This document shows, piece after piece, positions 53,129 through 64,000 of a DNA stretch of 64,000 nucleotides (its first letter is position 1; the number at the start of each line of letters is the position of its first letter). A program made the position numbers and the translations under genes. The notes beneath the pieces are model-generated. The model did no database searches, was not told the origin of the DNA, and was given only the letters and a program-made list of their open reading frames with translations. Source of the stretch: Auanema rhodensis (lineage: Eukaryota > Animalia > Nematoda); assembly GCA_964057225.1 (NCBI GenBank), contig OZ059899.1, forward strand, positions 7,254,001-7,318,000, written 5' to 3'.

Positions 53129-54287
53129 AAAACAAACAACTGTTGTTTTATTTGAGAACAAACAATAAGGTAAGAATTTAACAATGAGCATAGTTTTATG
53201 AAAAAGTAGGTTCAAATGAATTAATCTCAAAATATACAATATTCTTTAAAAATATTAAAACGACCATATTTGAAATATACAATGGCAGCCATATTTTTTC
53301 AGATATTATGTCTAAGTAACTCAAGACAACTTTTAACCCCTTTAAGTGTTTTCTTGTTAGAATTCTTGATCCGAAACGTTTTTGATAACGATCATATTTC
53401 ATATAATGACATGGCAGCTATTGGTACTGATAAAGAATATTTTTAAATCTTCTTCTTAACATCTCTTGATTTAATTATTTTAATATTTTGAAAACAACTT
53501 TAAATAGAGCGTTTGGGTTTTAAATCAGTATATCAGATTAGATTGTACTGGAAAACCGAAATTTCCACTAGAACACCTTCAACCGTATTATGTTAACCTT
53601 TTAAATGGTAATATGAAGTGAAGAAATACTAAAATAGATATAATAAGATGTCTGTAGCATATAAGTTAAATAACTAATTTCATCTATTTATATAAGAGCA
53701 TATTGATAGATATCATTCAAATGATCCTGAATATTTGTCTTAGTGTGATGTATGATCATTGACTGTTCTTTTATGTACCTTCGTTGTAATCATTCGATCT
53801 CTTTGTATTATTATGTAAAGTTGTACAGTTTCTTTCTCCTCTCTACTTCTGTTCCTCTTAAATCCTTAAGGAAATGATCGTGCTTTGTATTCATTCTAGG
53901 CGTCGTAAAATAGATGAGTGTTCTTTGAGTATTCTATAATTGTTCGTTAAAGTCGGTCTCCTCGTTTAACATACTCTTTCATTTAAAAGCCCAGATGATA
54001 TTTTAGTGTTCACGTACTTCTGCGACTATTTTTTTTAGTGATTGGAAGTGATTCGTTCCGCCCAGGCAGTCGTCAGCACATCGTCTGTACTCGGTTCTGT
54101 TAGTGTACAACCATAGGTTGTATATTTTATCATTCTTTAATCTTGATTTGATGAAATAATGGTTAACACAAAGTATATAGTTTTTTTATATTGTTATCAT
54201 TATTGTGACATTTCTTATCCATTTATCTTTGTTGTTAAATTGTTGCCAAAAATGATTGTAAGTGTTCCAATTGCTTCATATTTTAGC

Positions 54288-56256
54288 ATGTTGCCATCCC
54301 GTTTTGCCCGTTCTTCCTTAGTCTCTACTAGAGGTTTATTGTCTGGAGCTAGTGCTAAGCCAAGACATGATTCCGAGGGTAGAGTTCCTCCCCCAGTTAC
54401 TCAACTTAGCGAAAGTGAATTAGCTTTGAAGGACACAGGTTTGCTAAAAAATGTTATAAACCTACTAGTGTATCTGTTTTTTGTACAGTCAAGAGATTTT
54501 CTCAAAATGTGGTAAAGCCGCTTGTACGTGAAATGGATGACAAGAGTATAATGCATCAAAGCGTAATCACAGGATCTTTTGAGAACGGGGTTCTCCTCAA
54601 TAAATGTTAGCTCTTTTTCATTAATATTTTTTAGTTTATGGGAATCGAAATTCCTAGTAATTATGGAGGTCCTGACATGGCTTTCTTTGATTCAGTTTTA
54701 GTTATTGAAGAGTTGGCTAAGGTGTTATTGTGCTTTTTTACCCTACAATTACTTGATTAACTAACAGGTTGATCCATCGGTTTCTGTTTTTGTTGATGTA
54801 CATAATACATTGGTTATCCCACTCATAATTCAACTCGGTTCTGAGGAACAGAAGCAAAAATATTTACCAAAATCTTGCACTGATTGGGTAAGTATTTAAA
54901 AAATTAATTGATTAAACTGTACTGGTTTTATGTTTTTGTTTATAAAAAGTAATATACCTAAACCAATTTCATGAAATTTACGTAAGGAATTACTTTATTT
55001 TTTGATTGTGAAATAGTGTTTTACTTTTTATAAAGGCATGCGCGGTTGTTAACATTATTGATGTTTTGGTTTAATTTTTTTATCTTTTTTCTAGATTGGA
55101 TCTTTCTGTCTCACCGAAAGTGATTCTGGCTCTGATGCGTTCGCTCTCCGTACAGTAGCTAAGAAGGATGGAGATGATTTCTTGATTTCTGGATCCAAGA
55201 TCTTCATTACCAATGCTGGGCATGCCCATTTCTTCTTGGTAAGGAGTAGGAGAAATATTTCTGTTTATTGTTATCTTAACAGGTTTTCGCTAATGTTGAT
55301 CCTTCCAAGGGATATAAAGGCATTACTTGCTTCTTAGTAGATCGTACTCAAGAAGGAGTGAGTGTAGGAAAGAAGGTAATATTATATTAACATTCTATTA
55401 TTAGTACTAGTTTGATATAGGAAGACAAGCTTGGTATTCGTGCTTCATCAACCTGCACTGTGAACTTTGACAATGTACGCGTTCCAAAGTCTGCCATTTT
55501 AGGTGAACTAGGAAAGGGTACGTGGAACTAAATTAGATCTATGAATGTTTTTAATATAATATATATTTTCTTAGGTTACAAGTATGCTATTGAATGCTTG
55601 AATGGAGGTAGAATTGGTATTGGTGCTCAAATGTTGGGACTTGCTCAAGGATGTTACGATAATACCATTCCTTATTTGCAAGAGAGAAAACAATTTAACC
55701 AGAGATTGATTGATTTTCAGGTTCATATAACTCTTTAATTTCATGAGTTTTTTTATTTTGAAATTAACTTTAAATTTGAAGGGAATGCAACATCAAATTG
55801 CCCAGGTTGGCATGGAAATCGAAGCTGCAAGACTTCTTGTTTACAATGCTGCCCGCATGAAGGTAGAAATTTCTTTAATTGAATCTTCTTTTCTACTACA
55901 ATTTTGAAAAGAAAACAGTTTCGAAAAATACGCTTCAAATGATTTTTTCTTCAGGATAATGGAATAAATTATGTTAAACAAGCTGCTATGGCCAAGCTTT
56001 ATGCTTCACAGGTAGGTATTAAAATATTTAATTTGAAAGTAGCTAGTTTTAATTGAATATTTATTCTTTGTAGGTAGCAACGACCTGTACTTCGAAGTGT
56101 GTTGAATGGATGGGAGGTGTTGGATTCACAAAAGATTTTCCCGTAGAGAAGTTCTACCGTGATTGCAAAATCGGAACCATTTATGAAGGAACTTCAAATG
56201 TCCAACTGAACACCATTGCTAAAATTATCGATGCCGAATACAAGAACTTCGCTTAA
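54288..56256 (+). CDS. Mitochondrial short/branched-chain acyl-CoA dehydrogenase (ACADSB; acdh-1/acdh-3-like)
   Basis: Mitochondrial presequence [11 protein letters not shown]; [21 protein letters not shown]; [13 protein letters not shown]; [13 protein letters not shown]; [21 protein letters not shown] (catalytic Glu). Confidence 0.95.
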
Positions 56257-58999
56257 AATAATTAACGATTTCTAAACCAAAGAAATTATAATCTTTGAGC
56301 CATATAGAATCACGTGTATTTGAGAATGGATTGGTGTTCAATAGTTTAATTTTGTTGTGATTTTTACAGTCGAAATGACTGGTTTTTTAAAATGATAAAT
56401 TATATCTTTACGGTAAATAAATAAATAGAATGTTTATCAATTATTTCTCAATATTTATAATAAGATCTGAAATGATACTTGTAATCTGATACAGATTTAC
56501 TCTCGAAATGACAAATGAAGAGATTTTGGATATGATTATCATCCTAAATGTATTGTTATAGGATTTATTATAAGGATATACCCAGCTGATAATCTCAATG
56601 TATGAAGAGAATAAAATGATTTTCTCTATTTCAGATATTGATGAAGTAATAACTCGGGTTGAAAGCGAAGGAAACGAGAGAAATCTGAAGATGGTTGCTG
56701 GGGGGACAAACCCCTCTATGCATTTTGCAGTAATAAGCTGATATCTTCCGCGCTCAGAGAAGCAGAATGAAGATGATGTTGTAGATGCCATGTTGCTGTG
56801 ACGACAATCAGAAGAGCGCAGTATGTAAGTAGACGGCAGACATGAAGAGATGATGGGAGATAAAAGGAACATGAGAGATTAAAGAGATTTCTGCTTACGG
56901 TAATTGGCTAGACTCACTGAGTTAGGTTCAATTGTTATCTTGACGGCTTCTTACTTCTCCCTTCTCTCTACTACATACCTGCTTTCTATATTATCTGTTA
57001 TTCTCGTACCTCTCTCTCTTGTACCATTATTCATGATTACCTTTCTTTTTCACTCTTTCTTCAATATTAAGCTTTATTAAATGTAAATCTGAATAAAACG
57101 ATGTGGTCTGCTGCATTACGGGTTCTTGTTTGAAATTCGCTAATCTATCCAGAAATTTTCGTTTTTTCCTATCAGAAACCTCATTGATAATCAGCTTTTG
57201 AAAGCTGTTTATGTACTTCCCACCCATCCCTCATTTACCGTTCATTTTCAGATTTTCCATCTGCTTTCCACTGTCTATTTGGAAACTAATTGATATTTCT
57301 ATTTATGAAAATATCATCAGATCAATGATGTATGCTTTTATATTCCTTTTTCGTTTATTGTTGCAAGAATCTGTAAATTACTAAATGGTTTCTTTAGTAT
57401 CTTTCAATTTGCTCAAAGTATTTTTTAAAAATCTGAATGCTATTCTTTGAAGTTATTATTTGTTTTTTATAATATTCTTATATAGTTATGGTTATTATAC
57501 ATGAGAATATGTTTTATCATCGATCTCTTTTGTTATTTTTCATTTTATTACAACTTTGTCTCAACGGAAAAAATAGTTTTGAGCTCCTTACTGATTCTGT
57601 GGTATTTCAAAGCCTTAATTAGTTGTCGAAGAAATATGCCCTCAGAGACTCATTTTATGTCTAAATTTTACGTTTAATCAAAAGTATTCCAAAGAAAGGT
57701 TTATATTAAGAATAGCTTTTTTTCCCTTAATCAATCATAACATTTCACTTTTTTTATGGAAATACATATCTTGTAGTATTGGTTTAAGCTTCATCTTTCT
57801 ACTTCACTTCATATTATCATATGATCTTTCTTTTTATTTTAAGAATAGCATTATAATAATCGAGTATAATGTTACAGATGAATGAAAATGGTAATCCATT
57901 TATGTCTATGATCATTCTTTTCTTGATCCTATTCATAAAATATATTTTGAAAAAATATTTTTATCACATTCAGATATGAAAAGACCTTTGAGTAGATTTA
58001 TTCATAATACTTTTTATTATAGAACAAAAAGATATTTTTATCTTTAACAATATATTTTTGTTTAGATAGTATGGTTTAAAAAGTGTTGGCCACAAAACTA
58101 TTTTCGAAAAATTTAACATATGGTTGAAAATTTTTTTCGTTCGCTTATAGTGTTCATAGCAAAACAATTCAAGAACTCGTAATTTTTTTTTCGATGTTTT
58201 GTACCCAAACTGCTTCCAGTAGTATTTTTGTTTTATTTTTCTTCTTTTTTTAAAAAAAAATGATTTTATTTATTCATTTATAAATATAAATATAGATAGA
58301 TATATCAATTGTATCATTTATTCTGGAATATTTATTTGTATAAAATAATATATACATACGTATATATAGTATGTATATTGAAACAAATTCCTAATATTTT
58401 CATCTGATTATCTGTTATTTGTCTTTCAATGTATTATATATAATTTTATTTTTCTACAATTTTCATTTATTTTCAAACTATTTATATACTTAAGATTATT
58501 CTATAAACATCTTATAATTGTAGATTATTGAGAATAGACTGGAACGTAAAGATTCTAGAAGTTATTTGAAATTACCTTTCTTTACAGGTAATTATTATTC
58601 TAATATATTGTTCTTAAAATTGTTTTTAGCTGTTTGGATTTGGTTGCGGGATTCTTATCCGATTCTGATTTGTTGTATAAAACGAAAAATTCTGTTAGAA
58701 CGACACAAGCACGAGGTGTCTTCAACGCCTACCTGGCCTTCAGACGCCTTCACGTCTGGTCAAAGGATACCGAGGCGAAGGCAAAAGTTTTATATAAGTA
58801 AGTATAAAGATTTTATGTAAATTGGGATTATTACAAAAAAAATGATAAAACTTGGTTGTGTTGATGTTGTAGTCTGTATTAGGACACTTATGATATATAC
58901 ATATATCTAGATTAATCTAATTCTAAAAACTATAATAAAGTATAAAATTCCATATAATCACAGTTATTTTATAAAAACAATTTTTTTCTTCTTAGGATT

Positions 59000-61900
59000 A
59001 TGTGTCTGTTTACATTTACTAATTGGAATATTGATATTAGTACCAACGGCTTTATCGCTTGACGTTCCTATAGGGTTAATAGTTGATTCCCGTCAATCGC
59101 ATGCTAAATCTGTATTATCATCAACTATATCACAACTTCAAAATGATGATACATCTGGCCAATCAGTTAATTATGGGTTTGTAAACGTTTCCAAAGTTTA
59201 AAACAATGTTTCTACATGCAGGATCAATTCTGATGATAAAGGAACATGTGCACGCGGTCCAAATATGCAGGAAGCAATAGCAGCTCTTATGGATTTTTAC
59301 TATAACAGACATATTCAAGCAATATTTGGACCAACCTGTTATGCAGGTATTAAATATAATTATTCTTTCTTAATTCTTAATTATATAATTCTTCAATAGA
59401 TTTGGAAATAGCAGCCAGATTATCATCAGAATGGGATATTTTGCAATTTAATTTCTGGACTGATCATCCAAGTGATCATATAGCTCATAGTGTAGTTCAG
59501 GTATTAAAATAAATAAATAATAATAAATAAAAATAATTTGACATTAGATGACAACAATTTCTTTAATTAATATTTGTGAAAACTTGGTTGCTTTCTTAAA
59601 AGGAGTCGAATGGAATAAGGTTTTATTAATAAATATATTAATTATAATTATAATATTTTATTTTATTTTAGCTTGTATTCATTTGCTGTACCGATTGTTA
59701 TAACGACATTGAAAGTGATGATCTACATATGAGGTAAATGATTTTGAGATTTTGATATGTTTAAAGAAATTTATAATTTAATTATTTAAAATATATTATT
59801 ATATTTAGAGCAAGAAATATCTCACAATATTTGGAGTTAAATGATATAGTAATAGCTAAATATATAGAAGTTTATAAAAACTATACTTCTGAAGATTATA
59901 TTAAAGAACTATATGGCATGAATACATTTAGCAGAGGTAATTAAAATTTTATATTGTTTGATCTTTCTAATTTATCTATTTTCAGTTGTTTTTCCTTTAT
60001 TAGGAAATTCTCTGACAGATTACATAGGTTTACAGATTGCACTTAGACAACTCAATTATAATGAAACTGAATATTCTACTTTAATACTATTGGAAAATTA
60101 TTCTGTATGTTATTAATATTTTAAAATATAAGAAGAAAAGAATCTTTAGTTAGAACCGATTTCGGAGCCTTTTAAGAAAAGATCAGATGGTGTAAATATG
60201 TTTGAGAAAGTAGCTGTGGTGAGTTGTTTTCATCTATTTATTTTATATAATTAACACATTTATATTGTAATTTTGTAATTTTAGTTACATAATGAAGTTT
60301 TTGATAAAAGATTAGTGGAACCATATTTGGAAAAAGTTTCTGTTCCACAGGTTTATTTAATTATACATAAATATCTTTTAAAAATAATCATTTTTAAGGA
60401 TGATTTATTGAAATATCTACAACTTCATGAATCAATGACTCTATTTCATTCACTTGTTACTGAAGCTGCAAGTAAAAGTACAACACCCATTAATATTCTT
60501 AGATCAACATATATTTTTCAAGGTTTTACTTCTCTCTATTTTCTTGCAATAACAATAATTGTTTTTTAGGACCATTTGGTGAAATCAAGTTCAACTCTCA
60601 ATTACAAAGAATAGCAGGATTTACCGTATACATCATAGAAGAAGATGAGCCAGTGAAATCTGTGGCTCAAATCATAGCAAAGGATATGGATGTTTCAAGT
60701 TGTGCATCGCCTGATGTACAATGCTTGGTAGATCCCTTTACTATGTTTTAATCATTAATAAAATAAATATTTTTAGGTATATAATCCAGCATCAAAACAA
60801 ATGTTTAATCCAGGTCAACCTACGTGTGGTTTTCAAGGCGAATTATGTGATCAAACTGGGTATGTTACATAGAAAATAATATTTATTTAATTAATTATAT
60901 ATTATTAGAACTGTTGTAATTATTGCTGCGGTAATGTCTACAGTATTTCTATCTGTGGGAATTTTTATTGGAATACGACGAATGTATGTTCTATTTCTGA
61001 AAAGTTTTCAAGGCTCATTTTCCGAATTATTTAGGAAATCTGGAGAAACATCCGCTATGCCTTGGGTTGTTCCAGTACAATCTGTGAAAATAATTGAAAT
61101 TAATAATGGTAGTCAACATATGTCCATTCTAAGTTTACAACAACATCTTGATAGCACAGTAATAACTATAAATACTATAATTTCAATTTCAATTTCGAAA
61201 TTACAGGTTCGATTTCGGGATTTCATGAAAGGCAGACAGCTTGCTACTCTTGATCAAGTTTATGTTATTGTAGAACGATATCAATTAAGAGAACGATTAG
61301 TTTTTGATAAAAATGATATGTATTTATTATTTCAGGTTAAATATCTAAATATCTTTCAATTTATTATTGTTTTTCTTTCAGCTTAAACAAATTTCACATG
61401 ATAATATCAATCCATTCATGGGCATGTGCTTTGATCGTTCCAGTGATCTTATGATTCTCTGGACTCATTGTTTTAGGTTTCAATTCATACCAAATATTTT
61501 GAAATAACTTGTTAATGTTTTAGGGGATCTCTAGCTGAAATGATATTTGCATCTAAAGAAGAATCAGGAATATCTTTTGATAATAATTTCCGGCGAGCTT
61601 TTGTTCGGGATATCTTAAAGGTTTTGTTATAACATATCAATAGGATATATATTTAAAACATTCAGGGACTTGATTATCTTCATTCATCAGCTTTAGGATA
61701 TCATGGATCTCTTTCTCCATCTCATTGTCATATTGGTATATATATACTTTTATTATTATTATTTTATAATAAATAAAATATATTTAGATTCACATTGGAT
61801 ATTAAAACTTTCGGGTTTTGGTATGAGCCGTATGTTATATAAATGGAAAAATAATAATATTATTGGAACAATGGATGGTAAACCTATTATACCAAATTCT

Positions 61901-63538
61901 GGTTTGTAAAAGTTTATTCATATTAACATTAATCTTATTGATTATAGAACTTCATTACTATGCACCTGAAATGAGAAGATTACTTAAAGGAATAATGTAT
62001 ACACATAGAGATGATCATATGAATATATCTCCACAACAAGGACAAGCTGCTGATATGTATGCCTTTGGAATAGTATTATATGAGCTAATGTTTCGAAAAA
62101 AACATGTTGAAGTTGATGATATAATTCAAAATGATCTTGGTTTGATCTACTAAAGTTATTCATCTTATAAATTATATATGTTATAGCATCAGACGATGAT
62201 AATTTGATTCTTTGTGAGCAAGCTGAAGCTTTAATTCCCGCATACCCTGTATTACCTTCGGATATTTCTGAAGTTCACCCGGATTTAATAGGATTGATGC
62301 AAAAGTGTTGGTCTGATCAGGTATGTTCGAAAAATAATTCTATTCAATCATCTGAAATCAACGTTACAGATTGATAATAGGCCTGATGCTGCACTAGCCC
62401 GTAAAATCACAGATGCAACTTTGAAAATGTCGGGATCATTAGTAGATCATTTGATTCGAAATATGGAAATGTATACATCAGGATTACAAGATCTTGTAAA
62501 TGAAAGAACAAGTCAAAGTGAAGACGCACAAAGAAAGTCTGATGAACTTTTGTGGGAAATGTTACCAAAGTATGAATATGAACTTTCTCAACGTTTTCAT
62601 TTATATTTCTTTGTTATAGATCCTTAGCTGAAGATTTAAAGAATGGAAAAAAAGCTGAAGCAAAAGGATATAAATCTGTAACAATTATGTATTCCGATAT
62701 TGTTGGATTTACTTCATTGTGCTCTGAATCACAACCCATGGAAGTGGTTGCTCTTCTTAGCGGGATGTTTGAGAATTTTGATCGTATTATAAGTCAATAT
62801 GATGGATATAAAGTATTAACCTTTTATATTATATTCACTTATAATTTTATTTTTAGATGGAAACAATTGGAGATGCATACTGTGTTGCTTCTGGTATTCC
62901 AACACCAAATCGCTTGGAACATGTTAAAAACATAGCAACAATAGCTTTACTTCAACGTGATGTAAGATTATTTGAATTGAATATTTTGGATTATTTTTAT
63001 ATTCTTATAGTATTTGAAAACTTTTGAAATTCCTCATCGTCCTGGGCAATATTTGCATTGTCGTTGGGGATTTAACACTGGACCTGTATTCACTGGAGTA
63101 GTTGGTATAAGAGCACCTCGATATTCAGTATTTGGTCAAACAGTAATATATATTTTGTAATAAATAATATTATATGAATATCATTTAAGGTTATAATAGC
63201 GTCAAAAATGGAAAATCTAGGACAACCAGATTGTATACAAATGACTTTAAAAAGTCATAAAATATTATCGTCTAGATATCCAGAATTCAAATGTAAACCT
63301 CGTGGTAGTACTAAAGTTCCTGTATGTTATTTTATTTTTTTTTATTTTTTATAAACTTATTATGTAGGGTATTGGTATGTTATTAACATATTGGTTAGAA
63401 GGTATAGAAGAGCTTCTGAAAAGTAATCGAGAAGATTTTGATCGAGCTATTGAAGAACACGAAGGGAAAGTTGGAGGAATGGATACTGTATGGAAGTCTA
63501 GTGCATTAAGTTCAGCTAGTGTTGAACCTGTCTTATGA
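59000..63538 (+). CDS. daf-11: Receptor-type guanylyl cyclase, DAF-11-like
   Basis: Signal peptide, ANF-receptor-like ectodomain, [10 protein letters not shown] + TM, kinase-homology domain, and cyclase domain [44 protein letters not shown]. The atypical CRWGFN and ASKME motifs match DAF-11 as recalled. Confidence 0.82.
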
Positions 63539-64000
63539 GAAGGAACCTGTAAAATATAATATAGAGTTAACTTTATACTAAAGTTTCATATGAATATGTA
63601 AACATTATTTAAAATATTTTTGTTATAACTAAAAATATTAACTTATATATATATATATATATAGCCTCAATTTGAAAAGAAGATATTAAGACATTTATAA
63701 ACATTTTTCTACATAAAGTACATAACTTTCATATCAGATATTGCTCCAAACTTATATATTATAATATATATCTTCGGTATTAGCTTTTGGAATTGTTTTA
63801 TATTTAAAGATCTCGTTAAATATTAAATTGTTGATACTTTTCAGATTTTCTTTTTTTTTTGCTCATTGTCATTTGTATTTCAACTTTTTTTTAAAATATC
63901 AATAACAAATCTATTTTTCAATCTATATGTATATGTATATTCATATATTTTTATTTATTTAAAAAAAACTTTGTTATTTGTTTACTAAATTATATTAACA

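Noticed and set aside
14950-56256. Biosynthetic gene cluster (esterase + PKS + acyl-CoA dehydrogenase)
   Set aside because: The genes are separated by unrelated housekeeping genes, the dehydrogenase has a mitochondrial presequence, and none matches known nemamide accessory enzymes.
56441-56872. 143-aa minus-strand ORF
   Set aside because: Low-complexity Ser/Ile-rich translation of a GA-rich intergenic tract with no motif.
6587-63662. (TA)n tracts at ~6590, ~21945 and ~63645; CRISPR-like arrays
   Set aside because: Ordinary microsatellites in AT-rich DNA; no repeat-spacer array is present.

Overview
AT-rich nematode genomic DNA, probably rhabditid/clade V, with very short (~45 nt) introns. 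The dominant feature is a ~19-kb minus-strand hybrid polyketide synthase-NRPS gene of the pks-1 (nemamide synthase) type. It encodes ~6,000 aa, has only three KS domains, carries an apparent KS-deletion scar, and includes a 10.9-kb single exon. Other genes: SAM-domain sphingomyelin synthase-related protein, a CENP-A-like divergent histone H3 (probably in an operon with the SMSr gene), an LSY-2-like C2H2 zinc finger, a cuticle collagen with a long C-terminal extension, two orphan multi-exon genes, a carboxylesterase, tRNA-Ser(AGA), a C6-domain mucin-like protein with 162-bp repeats, a secreted polyQ/cystine-knot-like protein, eIF2A, a TFIIS-N/AT-hook protein, AIN-1 (GW182), a short/branched-chain acyl-CoA dehydrogenase and a DAF-11-like receptor guanylyl cyclase. 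Non-coding highlights: an internally deleted mariner element, an E2F-type promoter with no obvious ORF, and a ~270-nt element at 52.9-53.1 kb whose G-U-rich pairing suggests an unannotated structured RNA on the minus strand. Gene models were spliced by eye, and orthology calls are from memory of protein families rather than from a database search.
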